Source: Squalus acanthias (Eukaryota). From it: a DNA stretch of 64,000 bases. Below are positions 25,115 to 38,049 of the stretch, piece after piece (the stretch's first letter is position 1; each line of letters opens with the position of its first letter). The notes under the pieces are model-generated. The model was not told the DNA's origin and ran no database searches. It saw nothing but the letters and a program-made list of their open reading frames with translations. The stretch covers positions 3,038,001 to 3,102,000 of the forward strand of contig JASTWF010000034.1 of NCBI GenBank assembly GCA_030390025.1. Direction: 5' to 3'. The translations under genes and the position numbers were made by a program.

Positions 25115-28100
25115 AGTAGGATATTTCAAATGAATACGTGGCTAGAGGAATGGTGCAAGGGGGAGGGATTCAAATTCCTTAGACATTGGAACCGGTTCTG
25201 GGGGAGGTGGGACCAGTACAAACGGGACGGTCTGCACCTGGGCAGGACCGGAACCGATGTCCTAGGGGGAGTGTTTGCTAGTGCTGTTGGGGAGGGTTTA
25301 AACTAAAGTGGCAGTGGATTGGGAACCTGAGCAGGGAGACAGAGGAAATGGAAACAAGGATAAAAGCAAAAGACAGGCAGGAGAAAAACAAAAGTAGAAG
25401 GCAAAGAACTCAACGGTTTAAATCAAACATGGTCACAGTAAATAATAATTCATATAGGTCTGAGAGCGTTAAAAAAACAAGCCTGAAGGCTTTGTGTCTT
25501 AATGCAAGGAGCATTCGGAACAATGTGGATGAATTAGCTGCGCAAATTAAGGTAAATGAATACGATTTGACTGGGATTACAGAAACATGGCTCCAGGGTG
25601 GCCAAGGCAGGGAACTCTACATCCAGGGGTATTCAATATTTAGGAAAGAGAGGCAAAAAAGAAAGGGAGGTGGGGTAGCATTGCTGGTTAAAGAGGGGAT
25701 TAACACAATTGAAAGGAAGGATATTAGCTCTGATGATGCGGAATCTGTATGGGTAGAACTGAGAAATAACAAGGGGCAGAAAACGTTACTGGAAGTGGTA
25801 TATAGACCAAACAGTAATACGGAGGTTGGGGATGGCATTAAAAGGGGAATTAGAGAAGCATGCAGTAAGGGCATAGCAGTCATCATGGGTGACTTGAATT
25901 TACATAGAAATTGGGCTAACCAAATTAGTAAAAATACTGTGGAGGAGGAATTCCAAGAATGTTTACGGGATGGTTTTCTGGAACAATATGTCGAGGAACC
26001 AACCAGAGATCAGGCCATCTTAGATTGGGTATTATGTAACGAGAAAGGATTAATTAGCAATCTTGTTGTACGAGGCCACTTGGGTCAGAGTGATCATAAT
26101 ATGATAGAATTCTTCATTAGGATGGAGTGTGAAGTAGTTGAATCAGAGACTGGGTCCTGAATTTAAATAAAGGAAACTACGATGGGATGAGGCGCGAATT
26201 GGGTAGGATTGATTGGAGAATGTCACTCAAAGGGTTGACGGTGGATAGGCAATGGCAAACATTCGAAGACTGCATGGATGAACTACATCATTTGTTCATC
26301 CCAGTGTGGCATAAGAATAAAACAAAAAGGGTGACTCAACCGTGGCTAACAAGGGAAATTTGGGATAGCATAAGATCCAAGGAGAGGGCATATAAATTGG
26401 CCAGGAAAAGCGGCAACCCTGAGGATTGGGAGCAGTTTAGGATTCAGCAAAGGAGGACAAAGGGATTAATTAAGAAGGGGAAAATAGAATATGAAAGTAA
26501 GCCTTCAGCGAACATAAAAACTGACTGTAAGAGTTTTTATAGATATGTGAAGAGAAAAAGATTAGTGAAATCAAGTGTAGGTCCCTTGCAGTCAGAAACG
26601 GGGGAAGGGATAATGGGGAACAAAGAAATGTCAGACCAAATAAATGCATATTTTGGTTCTGTCTTCACAAAGGAGGACACAAATAACCTCCCAGAGATGT
26701 TGGAGAACATACGGTCTGCTGAAAGGGAGGAACTGAAAGAAATCAGCATTTGCAGGGAAATGGTGTTAGGGAAATTGACGGGATTGAAGGCCGATAAATC
26801 CCCAGGGCCTGATAATCTACATTCAAGGGTACTTTAGGAAGTGGCCCTAGAAATAGTAGATGCATTGCTGATCATCGTCCAACATTCGATGGAATCTGGA
26901 ACTGTACCCATGGATTGGAGGGTAGCTAATGTTACCCCACTATTCAAAAAGGATGGTGGAGAGAAAGCGGGGAATTACAGACCGGTAAGCCTGACATCGG
27001 TAGTGGGGAAAAAGCTAGAGTCCGTTATAAAGGATGTAATAGCTGAGCACTTGAAAAACAGTGACAGGATCGGACAAAGTCAACATGGATTTACAAATGG
27101 TAAATTGTGCTTGATTAATCTACTGGAAATTTTTGAGGATGGAACTGGAAAAATAGATAAGGGAGAACCAGTAGATGTGGTGTATTTGGACTTTCAAAAG
27201 GCTTTCGATAAGGTCCCGCATAAGAGATTAGCGTGTAAAGTTAAGGCACATGGGATTGGGGGCAAGGTATTGACTTGGATAGAAAACTGGTTGGCGGACA
27301 GAAAGCAAAGAGTAGGAATTAATGGGTCTCTTTCCGAGTGGCAAGCAGTGACTAAAGGGGTACCGCAGGATCAGTCCTTGGACCCCAGCTATTCACAATA
27401 TACTTTAATGATCTAGATAAGGGAACTAAATGTAATATCTCCAAGTTTGCAGATGACACAAAGCTGGGTAGGAGTGTGTGCTGCGAGGAGGATACCGAGA
27501 AACTCCAGGATGATTTGGACAGGTTGGGTGAGTGGGCAGAAGCGTGGCAGATGTAATATAACGTGGATAAATGCGAGGTTATCCACTTTGGTGTCAAAAA
27601 CAGGAAGGCAATAGATTGGGAGAAGGGGAAGTGCAACGACACCTGGGTGTCCTTGTGCACCAGTCGCTGAAGTTAAGCATGCAGGTGCAGCAGGCGGTGA
27701 AGAAGGCAAATGGTATGTTGGCCTTCATAGCGAAAGGTTTTTAGTATAGAAACAGGGATGTCCTGCTGCAGTTGTACAGGGCCTTGGTGAGACCACACCT
27801 TGAGTATTGTGTGCAGTTTTGGTCGCCTTATCTGAGGAAGAATGTTCTTGCCATGGAGGGAGTTCAGCGAAGATTCACAAGGCTGATACCTGGGATGGCA
27901 GAAATGACATATGAGGAGAGATTGGGGCGATTGGGCCTATACTCGCAGGAGTATAGAAGAATGAGAGGGGATCTCATCGAAACATATAAAATTCTGACAG
28001 GTCTGGACAAACTAGATGCAGGAAGAATGTTCCCGATGCTCTTAGAGTCCATAACCAGGGGTCATAATCTAAGGATAAGAGGTAAGCCATTTAGGACAGA

Positions 28101-28365
28101 AATCAGGGGGAATTTCTTCACCCAGAGAGTGGTGAACCTGTGGAATTCTCTACCACAGAAGGTAGTTGAGGCCAAGTCATTAAATATATTCAAGAATGAG
28201 TTAGATATATTTCTTAAAGCTAAAGTTATCAAGGGATATGGGGAGAAGGCAGGTACAGGGTACTGAGTTTGGATGATCAGCCATGATCTCATCGAATGGC
28301 GGAGCAGGTTCGAGGGGCCGAATGGCCTACTCCTGCTCCTATCTTCAATGTTTCTATGTTTCTAT
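25115..28365 (+). mobile_element. CR1/HER1-type LINE: ORF1 (esterase) tail + complete but disrupted ORF2 (APE endonuclease + RT) + 3' tail
   Basis: WGRWDQYKRDGLHL; LNARSIRN, GITETWL, IMGDLN, LGQSDHN; RT with KFADDTK; tail TTTCTATGTTTCTAT; several stops/frameshifts; inserted in an older minus-strand CR1 3' end. Confidence 0.95.
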
Positions 28366-28585
28366 ACGGCCCTTCGAGCCCTTCATTTAATAAGATCATG
28401 GCTGATCTTCGACCTCAAATCCACATTCGTCCCACAACGATCCCATCCTCATCCTCAAATCCCTTGATTCCTGTAGAGTCCGGAAGTACCGACGATAGAA
28501 TAGCGAAGTGAGAGTTTCTCTCCCTGAATTGATCGAAAGCTGAGAACAAAAGGCGAGAAAGTGAAAGAAAACATGATGTAATAAT

Positions 28586-29055
28586 GTGTTAGCTGTGGCT
28601 CAGTGGGTAGCACACTCGCTTCTGACTCAAAAGTTTGTGGGTTCAGTTCCCATTCCAGGGACTTGCATAAGATAAATCTAGGCTGACTGTCCAATGCTGT
28701 ATTGTGGGAGTGCTGCACTGTCGGAGGTGCCGTCGTTCGGGTGAAACGTTAAACCGAGGCCCTGTCTATGCTCTCAGTGGACGTAAAAGATCCCATGATC
28801 ATATTTCGAAGAGGAGCAGGGGAGTTATCCCCGGTGTCATGGCCAATATTTATCCCGCAATCAACATAACAGAAACAGATTATCTGGTCATTATCACATT
28901 GCTGTTTGTGGGAGCTTGCTGTGCACAAATTGGCTGCCGCGTTTCCCACACTGCAACAGTGACTACACTTCCAAAAGTATTTCATTGGCTGTAAAGCGCT
29001 TTGAGATTTCCGGTGGTCGTGAAAGGTGCGATATAAATGCAAGTCTTTCTCTCTT
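28586..29055 (+). mobile_element. tRNA-derived DeuSINE (SacSINE1-like)
   Basis: A box TGGCTCAGTGG, B-box-like GGTTCAGTTCC, Deu-domain-like AAAGATCCCATG...GGGGAGTTATCCCCGGTGTC.TGGCCAATATTT, tail ATATAAATGCAAGTCTTTCT. Confidence 0.85.
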
Positions 29056-29059
29056 AAAA

Positions 29060-31885
29060 GATAGAATCATAGAATGGTTACAACGCAGAAGGAGGTCATT
29101 CGGCCCGACGAGCCCGTGCCGGCTCTCTGCAAGAGCACTTCAGCAAGTCCCACTTTCCCTATAGCCCTGCAATATTTTTCCTTCAGGTACTTATCCAATT
29201 CCCTTTTGAAAGCCACGATTGAATCTGCCTCCTCCACTCGTTAATGCAGTGCATTCCAGATCCTAACCACTCGATGCGTAAAAAAGTTTTTTCTTATGTC
29301 CCCTTTGGTTATTCTGCCAATCACCTTTAATCTGTGTCCTCTGCTTCGTGACCTTTCAACCAATGGGTACAGTTTCTCTCTATCGACTCTGTCCAGATCC
29401 CTCGTGATTTTGAACACCTCTATCACATCTCCTCTCAACCTTCTCTGCTCCAAGGATAACAACCCCAGCTTCTCCACTCTATCCACGTAATGCAAGTCCC
29501 TAATCCCTGGAATCATTCTTGTAAACCCTTTCTGCACCCGTTCCATTGCTTTCAAATCCTTCCTGAAGTGCGATGCCCAGAATTGGACACAATAATCCAG
29601 TTGAGGCTGAACCAGTGTTTTATGCAAGTTCATCATAACTTCCTTGTTTCTGTACTCTTTGCCTCTATTTATGAAGCCCAGGATCCTGTTGCTTTTCACA
29701 CCCCTTTCTCAACCTGCCCTGCAACCTTCAACGATTTGTGCACATATACCCCCAGGTCTCTCTGTTTATTGTACCCTTTAGTTTATATTGTCTCTCCTCA
29801 TTCTTCCTACCAAATTGTATCATTTCACACTTTTCTGGCTAAATTTCAACTGCCACGTGTCAGCCCAATCCACCAGCATATCTATGTCGTCTTCAAGTCT
29901 ATCACTATGCTCCTCATTGTTCACTATACTTCCAAGTTTTGTTTCATCTGCAAATTTCGAAATTGTGCCCTGTACGCCCAAATCCAAGTCACTAGCATGC
30001 ATCAAGAAAAGCAGTGGTCCTAGTACCGACCCCTGGGGAATACCACTGTAGATCTTCCCCCCGTCCGGAAAGTTTCCTGTCACTTCGCCAATTTCGTATC
30101 CATGCTGCCACTCTCCCTTTTATTCCATGGGCTTCATCTTTGCTGGCAAATATATTATGTGGCACTTTATCAAATGTTTTTGGACGTCCATGTACACCAC
30201 ATCAACCACATTGACCTCATCAACCCTCTCTGTCACCTCATCAAAAAACTCGATCAAGTTAGTTAAACACGATTTGCCTTTGACAAATCCGTGCTGGCTT
30301 TCCTTAATTAATCCACACTTGTCCAAATGACTGTTCATTTTGTACCGGATTGTCGTTTCTAAAAGCTTCCAACCACCAAGGTTAAACTGGCTGGCTTACA
30401 GTTGCCGGATTATCTTTACACCCGTTTTGAACAAGAATGTAACATTTGCAATTCTCCTCATCGTATCTAAGGAAGATCGGAAGAGTATGGCCAGTAACTC
30501 CGCGGTTTCCACAATTACCTCCCTCAGTATCCGAGGATGCATCCCATCCGCTCCTGGTGACTTATCTACTTTAAGCACAGCCAGAGTTTCAAGTACCTCA
30601 TCCTTATCAATTTTTAGCCCATCCAGTATCTCAACTACCTCCTCTTTCACTATGACTTTGGCAGCAGTCTCTTCCTGGGTAGAGACAGATGCAAAGTATT
30701 CATTTAGTATCTCAGCCATGCCCTCTGCCTCCATTCGTAGGTCTCCTTTTTGGCCCATAATCGGCCCCACCCCTCCGCTTACTGCCTGTTTAAAATTTAT
30801 ATGCCAAAAGAAGACTTTTGGATTCCATTTTATGTTAGCTGCCAATCTATTCCAATGCTCGCTCTTTGCCCCTCTTATTTCCTTTTTCATTTCCTCTCTG
30901 AACTTTCTATATTCAGCCTGGTTCTCACTTGTATTCTGAACTTGACATCTGTCATACGCCCCATTTCTCTTTTCCTCTTGCTCTCAATCTTCCACTATCT
31001 CTTTCGTCATCCAGGGAGCTCTGGCTTTGGTTTCCCTACCTGTCCTCCTCGTGGGAATGTACCTCGATTGTACCTGAATCATCTCTTTTTTAAAGGCAGC
31101 CCATTGTTCGATTACAATTTTGCCTGCCAATCTTTGATTCAAATTCACGCAAGCCAGTTCCGTTCTCAACCCACTGAAATTGGCCCTCCCCCAATTAAGT
31201 ATTTTTACTCCAGGTTGCTCCTCGTCCTTTTCCATAGCTAATATAAACCTTATGATACTACGATCACCGTTCCCTAAATGTTCCCTTACTGAAATCTTCT
31301 CCACTTCACCTATCTCATTCCCCAGAACCAGATCCAGCAATGCCTCCTTCATCTTTGGGCTGGAAATGCACCAATCAAGAACGTTCTCTTGAACTCACTT
31401 CGGAAATTCTTCCCCCTCTCTACCCTTTATACTATTACTATCCTAGTCTATATTAGGATAACTGAAGTACCCCATTATTACTACTCTATGTTTCTTCCAC
31501 CTCTCTGCAATTTCCCTGCAAAAATGCTCCTCTATATCCTTTCCACTAGTTGGTGACCTATATAATACACCCAGCAGTGTAATGGTATCTCTATTGTTTC
31601 TTAACTCTATCCAAATAGATTCTGTCCTTGACCCCTCGAAGATATCCTCTCTCTCCAGCACTGTAATATTCTCCTTAATCAATACTGCTGCTCCACCTCC
31701 TTTCTTTCCTTCCCTATCTTTCCCCAACATCTTATATCCAGGTATATTTAGCACCCAATCCTGCCCTTTTTGAGCCAGGTCTCCGTTATCTTCACGACAT
31801 CACTTTTCTATGTGGCTATTTGCGCCTGCATCTCACCAACCCTATTTACCATGATTCTTGCATTTACACACATGCACTATAAACC
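29060..31885 (-). mobile_element. CR1-type LINE, near-complete disrupted ORF2
   Basis: Minus ORFs with KKGGGAAVLIK, GIPQGSVLGPLLF, KFADETK, PQLDYCVQFW; 3' tail ATAGAATCATAGAAT at 29060. Confidence 0.93.
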
Positions 31886-31894
31886 TATCTGACA

Positions 31895-32307
31895 GTGTCA
31901 GCTGTGGCTCAGTTGGTAGCAAACCAGACTCTCAGTCAGAAGTTTGTGAGGTCCAATTTCCACACCAGGGAGCGCTGCACTGTTGGAGGTGCCGTCTTTC
32001 GGATGAGACCCCGTTTGCTCTCTCAGTTGGACGTAAAAGATCCCATTGCACTAGTTCGAAGAAGAGTAGTGGAGTTATCCCTGGTGTCCTGGCCAATATT
32101 TATCGCTCAATCAACATAACAAAAACAGTTAATCTGGTCATTATCACATTGCTGTTTGTGGGAGCTTTCTGTGCGCAAATTGCCTTCCGATTTCTCACCT
32201 TACAATAGTGACTACACTCCAAAGGTTTTCATGGGCTGTAAAGCGCTTCGAGACCTCCGGTGCACGTTAAAGGCGCTATATAAATGTAAGTCTTTCTTTT
32301 TTTTTCT
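31895..32307 (+). mobile_element. DeuSINE (SacSINE1-like)
   Basis: Colinear with 28586-29055. Confidence 0.85.
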
Positions 32308-32414
32308 TAGACCTTACAGTTGCAAAATACTGCGGATGCTGGAAATCTGAAGTAACAACAGAAAACGCTGGAAACACTCAGCAGGTCAGGCAGCATCCGT
32401 GGAGAGAGAAGCAG

Positions 32415-32450
32415 AGTTAACGTTTCAGGTCTTGACCCTTCGTCAGAACT
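32415..32450 (-). ncRNA. Minimal hammerhead ribozyme motif
   Basis: Minus strand AGTT-CTGACGA-A-GGGTCAAGACCT-GAA-ACGT-T-AACT. Confidence 0.75.
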
Positions 32451-32964
32451 GGAAAACGTTTGAGATGTAACAGGTTTTAAGCAGGTGTAGGGGCAAGGAA
32501 AGGGGGTAGGGGAAGAAATAATAAAATGTACAATCTTTGATAGGGTGGGAGGCTGGAGTTGGTAAATGTTGCAAATGGGAATTGCAGAATCATCAAAAGC
32601 TGCTACCTGAAAAAATACGGGCGGGGTTATGTACTGAAATTGTTGAACTGAGTGTTGAGTCCAGAAGGCTGTAAAGTGCCGAATAAAAAGATGAGGTGTT
32701 GTTCCTCGAGCTTACGTTGTAAGAGGCCGAGGACAGAGAGGTCAGAGTGGGATTGGAGCGCTTGTCACTTTAATTCTCCGATCCAACTCCCACTTTGACT
32801 GCAGCTCAGGCGGCAGCTGTTGATGGTTCTGCCATCCCGATTTGCAACATTTAACTACTCCTGCCTTCCACCCTATCACAGACCGTCCCTTTTATTATTT
32901 CTGCCCCTCCCCCTTTCCATGCCCCTGCACCTGCTTACAATCAGTTTAATCAGTAACTTTTTCC

Positions 32965-33001
32965 AGTTCTGACGAAGGGTCAGAGACTTGAAACGTTAAC
33001 T
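32965..33001 (+). ncRNA. Minimal hammerhead ribozyme motif
   Basis: AGTT-CTGACGA-A-GGGTCAGAGACTT-GAA-ACGT-T-AACT; stem I AGTT/AACT, palindromic ACGT stem III. Confidence 0.72.
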
Positions 33002-33094
33002 CTGTTTCTCTCTCCACGGATGCTGCCTGACCCGCTGAGTGTTTCCAGCATTTTCTGTTTCTATCTTAGGCAATCTTATATTCTCTCTTAGTCT

Positions 33095-33800
33095 GATTCC
33101 TCCTAGCCCTCCATCACCATTCCAGGGTCTGCACAGACCCACCAGAGGTGGGGGCACAGGGGTATACAATCGGGAGGGAGAAACCCTGCGAGTCCTCAAC
33201 ATTGCCTATGCATATAATGAAGTCTCACGGCTTCCAGTCAGACATGGGCAAGGTAACTTGCTGCTGATTACCACCTACCGCCCTCCCTCAGCTGATGAAT
33301 CGGCACATTTCATGCTGAACAGCAGTTGATGGGAGCACCGAGAGCAGAAAGGGCACAAATTATACTCTGGGTCCCAAGTGGGAAACTTCAATGTCCATCA
33401 CCAAGAGTGGCTCGGAAGTACCATCATTATCCGAGCGCTGAAGAACACAGCTGCCGGACTCGGATTGCGGCAGGTGGTGAGAGAACCAAGATGGGAGAAC
33501 CAAGATCATCGACCTGAAACGTTAACTCTCTTTCTCTCTCCACGGATGCTGCCTGGCCGGCTGAGTTTTTCCAGCGTTTTCTGTTGTTATTTCGGATTTC
33601 CAGCATCCGCAGTATTTTGCTATCGTGAGAGAATAGCCTGCTTGACCTCGACCTCACCAACCTACTTATCGCATATGCATCTGTCTATATTGGTAGGACT
33701 AACCACTGGACAATATTTGTAGAGAATAAGTCTCGCCGTCACCCTGAGGACACCGTCCATCGTATCATGTGCCTCTAACATGGTGCCCATTGGGATGAAA
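33095..33800 (+). mobile_element. Old LINE endonuclease-domain fragment
   Basis: RGGGTGVY, LLITTYRPPS, GNFNVHHQEWLGS, LRQVVREP; interrupted by a Penelope fragment. Confidence 0.75.
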
Positions 33801-33959
33801 TTAGACAGAGTCAAGCGATCCCACAACCAACAGATCAGACTATTTCAAAGCTGTCATATTCTGTCGTGAATGGTAATGAACATTTAAACAGTTTCCACAT
33901 ACCCCTGAAAATTTCTCCTTTTCAAGTATATGTCCAATTATCTTTTGGAAGTTACAGTT

Positions 33960-35012
33960 AAGAAAGAAAGAATTACATTGATATAGCGCTTTTCACAACC
34001 CTGGGATGTACCAAAGCGCTTTACAGCCAATGAAGTACTTTTGAAGTGTAGTCACTGTTGAAATGTATGAAACGAGACAGCCAATTTGCGCACAGCAAGC
34101 TCACACAAACAGCATTGTGATAATGACCAGATAATCTGCTTTAGTGATGCTGATTGAGATAAATATTGGCCAGAACACCGGGGTTAACTCTGCTGCTCTT
34201 CATCGATATAATTCAATGGCATTTTTACGTCAACCTTAGAAAATGGAAGGAGCCTCGTTTTAACGTCTCATCCAAAAGACGGCCTCTCCGACAGTGCAGT
34301 GCTCCCGCTGTACTGCCCCTCTGACAGTGCAGTAACCCCTCAGTACTGCCCCTCTGACATTGCAGTGCTCCCTCTGTACTTCCCCTCTGACAGTGCAGTA
34401 CTCCCTCAGAATTGCCCCTCTGACAGTGCAGTACTCCCTCAGAACTGCCCCTCTGACAGTGCAGTACTCCGTCAGTGCAGCCCCACTGAAATTGCTCTGC
34501 TCCCTCAGTACTGCCCCACTGACAGTGCAGTGCTCCCTCAGTACTGCACCTCTGACAGTGCAGTAACCCCTCAGTACTGCCCCTCTGACATTGCAGTGCT
34601 CCCTCTGTACTTCCCCTCTGACAGTGCAGTACTCCCTCAGAACTGCCCCTCTGACAGTGCAGTACTCCCTCAGAACTGCCCCTCTGACAGTGCAGTACTC
34701 CGTCAGTGCAGCCCCACTGAAATTGCTCTGCTCCCTCTGTAGTGCCCCTCTGACAGTGCAGTACTCCCTCAGTACTGCCCCTCTTACAGTGCAGTGCTCC
34801 CTCAGTACTGCACCTCTGACAGTGCAGCGATCCTTCTGTACTGACCCTCTGGCAGTACAGCGATCCCTCAGTACTGTCCCTCCAACACTGCAGCGCTTCC
34901 TCAGTACTGCACTGGAGCTTTAGCCTAGATTTTTGTACTCAAGTCGCTGGATTAGGACTTGAACCCACAACCTTCTAACATAGAGCTGAGAGTGCTGTGA
35001 CTTGAGCCTACT
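33960..35012 (-). mobile_element. DeuSINE (SacSINE1-like) with internal minisatellite expansion
   Basis: Reverse complement of the 28586 SINE: tail at 33960, Deu-like core ~34160-34240, tRNA head 34920-35012. Confidence 0.85.
34290..34915. repeat. 33-bp minisatellite amplified inside the SINE
   Basis: Unit GACAGTGCAGTACTCCCTCAGTACTGCCCCTCT; 7-unit (231-bp) block duplicated, visible as the doubled peptide in ORF 34299-34742. Confidence 0.93.
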
Positions 35013-35744
35013 GAATCTGCTTTGACCAGACTTTCGGAGTTCATTCTCGATCATAAAAAACTCACTGTGTGACCAAGGTTCTTCTCCTCTGCCCCCTGTT
35101 TCTTTAACCAATTATCTTATATCTGTGCCCTTTTGGTAATGACAAGGCAAGGATTGGAAACACTTTCTCCTTTCTTAATGTATCAAAACCCCTCACCATT
35201 CTGAGCACTTCTATTCTAATCCCCTGCACTTGACAGTCAACAGCATTTCCATCACCGAATCCTCCAACATCAAAATCCTAAGGGTTCGCCATTAATCAGA
35301 AACTCAACTGGACCAGACACATAAATGCCGTGGCTACTACAGCAGGTCAGAGGCTGGGTGTTCTGCGGAGAGTAACTCACCTCTTAACTCAAGAAAACAT
35401 CTCCAACACCTACAAGGCACTAATCAAGAGTGTTAGGGATTACTATCTGTAGACAGAGGGATGACATGTGGGCAAGACCCTACTAATTGTAATAAATTTA
35501 TTAAACATTTCTCAATGTTAAGGACATGTATAAATATTAAAATTAAATGTCTGCCAAATAAGCAGGTTCTATGGTTTCATATTCAGGAGAAGATTAGAAT
35601 CTTTGAACGAACATTAATGAACTAATAATCTGTAAGGACAGATATGAGGGCCGAGAATATCCGATCGGAATTTGCGACCCGATAACGGCTGCTTTATGCC
35701 AACGCCCGAGAGCAATTTCTAGGCCGTTTTGTTTGCAGCGTTTT

Positions 35745-36632
35745 GTCTCTTTAAACAGCCCGTGTGACTGGTCCTGTTTCTTTAAATAGCCCGTGTGACT
35801 GGTCCTGTCTCTTTAAAAAGCCTCTGTGACTGATCCTGTCTCTTTAAATAGCCTGTGTGTCTGGTCCTGTCTCTTTAAAAAGCCTCTGTGACTGATCCTT
35901 TCCCTTTAAAAAGCCTGTGTGACTGATCCTTTTTCTTTAAAAAGCCTGTGTGACTCATCCTTTCTCTTTAAAAAGCCTGTGTGACTGGTCCTGTCACTTT
36001 AAAAAGCCTGTGTGACTGATTCTGTCTCTTTAAAAAGCCTGTGTGATTGGTCCTGTCTCAGTAAAAAGCCTGTGTGACTGGTCCTTTCTCTTTAAAAAGC
36101 CTGTGTGACTGATCCTTTCTCTTTAAAAAGCCTGTGTGACTGGTCCTGTCTCTTTAAAAAGCCTGTGTGACTGGTCCTGTCTCTTTAAAAAGCCTGTGTG
36201 ACTGGTCCTGTCTCTTTAAAAAGCCAGTGTGACTGGTCCTGTCTCTTTAAAAAGCCTGTGTGACTGGTCCTGTCTCTTTAAAAGCCAGTGTGACTGGTCC
36301 TGTCTCTTTAAAAAGCCTGTGTGACTGGTCCTTTCTCTTTAAAAAGCCTGTGTGACTGGTCCTGTTTCTTTACAAAGCCTGTGTGACTGGTCCTGTCTCT
36401 TTAAAAAGCCTGTGTGACTCGTCCTGTCTCTTTAAAAAGCCTGTGTGACTGGTTCTGTCTCTTTAAAAAGCCTGTGTGACTGGTCCTGTCTCTTTAAAAA
36501 GCCTGTGTGACTGGTCCTTTCTCTTTAAAAAGCCTGTGTGACTGGTCTTGTCTCAGTAAAAAGCCTGTGTGACTGGTCCTTTCTCTTTAAAATGCCTGTG
36601 TGACTGGTCCTGCCTCTTTAAAAAGCCTGTGT
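35745..36632. repeat. 31-bp minisatellite
   Basis: Unit CTCTTTAAAAAGCCTGTGTGACTGGTCCTGT, about 28 copies. Confidence 0.95.
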
Positions 36633-36838
36633 GCTAGTTTCAGTGTCACTGACTGTGGCTCCGCCCTCTTGTTTAGGTTTTCATTGCATGTTAAACAATT
36701 AAGAGCCAGAATGGAGGTTTTTTTTTGAACAGGGGACCATGGATTTTGGGACCACAGGGGTATTGCTGGTGCAGGATTACTGAGACTCGTTCTTTGACAC
36801 TGTAGTGACTTCACTGAGTTACGGAGAAATGAAGCCCT

Positions 36839-36955
36839 AGGCCTGGAAATCCGTCATTGACGGCAGTGGAGGTGAATATCAGCAGCGTCGTGTAACGGGC
36901 GCCCGATCCGATACAGCCCGATTAGCACCACCGCCCAAGACGAATTTCTCGGCCC
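36839..36955. mobile_element. Mini-MITE with Harbinger-like ends
   Basis: AGGCCTGGAAATCCGTC ... GACGAATTTCTCGGCCC imperfect 17-bp inverted repeat, CpG-rich interior; no clean TSD. Confidence 0.55.
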
Positions 36956-37136
36956 TTGTCTGTAGATAACGGCCGATATTAAATGTCACAGCGTGCTGTC
37001 GAATTGGACTAAGACTTTTCCTCTCAAAGACTCGGCTTGAATCCACTGAGAGTCATTTGTTATCTTCCGAGACAGATTGCTCGAGGGGTGGGGAGATGTA
37101 AGATCTAATTATAAAATTAATTACAAGCATTTCTGT

Positions 37137-37282
37137 CTCATCCAAAACTCTGCTGCCTGTGTCCTAACTCGCACCAAGTCCCGCTCCCCCGTCACCCCCG
37201 GACGACCCCCTTTGCGCTCGCTGACCGACATTGTCTCCCGGTCCGGCAATGCCTCGATTTTAAAATGTTCATCCTCGTGTTC
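37137..37282 (+). mobile_element. L2-like LINE 3' fragment
   Basis: LIQNSAACVLTRTKSRSPVTP; same family on minus strand at 41345-41815. Confidence 0.7.
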
Positions 37283-38049
37283 AGCCCAAACTCATTGCCA
37301 AGTGTCCAGTAAGGATTTGCATCCCGAAAATGCAAAACGTTAGTTTGTTTATATTTAGTATTTTACCGTAAGTACGTTTCATCCCCAGGGCCACAGGTGG
37401 ATTTCTAAAATTGGCATCAAGGGGACAAGAGGCACAGGGAAGGGGCTAGAATTCGGCTCAGACTGCAGAAGACCAAAATGTGCACAGTACTCCAGGTGTG
37501 TACATTAGTGAACCAGGTAGGTTTTTACAACAATCCGAACGTTTCATGGTCACCATTCCTGATCCTAGCTTTTCATTCCAGATTTGTTTAATTAATTGAA
37601 TTTAAATTCCCCAGCTGGTGGGAATTGAACTCTGGATCATTTGTCCAGGCATCTGGTTTACTAGTCCAGCAACATAACCACTATGCTTATTAACCCTTCA
37701 AATATATCGCTGTTCTTTCATCGTCACTCGGTCAAAAGCCTGAAATTCCTCCATAACAGTATTGTGGGAGCACCTTCACCACAGGGACTGCAGTGGCTCA
37801 AGTTGAAGGTTCACCATCTTCTCACGGGTGACTAGGGATATGCAGGAATACTGGCCATGACACCATGACCCATATCCTGAGAACAAACGATAGAAATAAT
37901 ATAATTAATGATTTTGTAATTCACTGATTGAAACCAGGCGAGACCTGAGATCAGAGCAGGGCGTTATGCTCCGCTGAACAAATTGTCTCACAATTTGGAT
38001 CACCAATTCAATGATTCTTTGATTGCTACTGCCCAAACTTTCCCAATCT

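Larger units (their letters stand above)
32322..33062. mobile_element. Penelope-like element remnant with inverted pseudo-LTR arms
   Basis: Long inverted arms (~32340-32600 vs ~32830-33062); minus strand 32636-32720 encodes QRKLEEQHLIFLFGTLQPSGLNTQFNNF, typical Penelope GIY-YIG C-terminus; a further partial arm at ~33500-33622. Confidence 0.85.

Noticed and set aside
28586..28660. tRNA gene
   Set aside because: tRNA-derived SINE head continuing into SINE body; likewise 53617-53634 is only a PBS.
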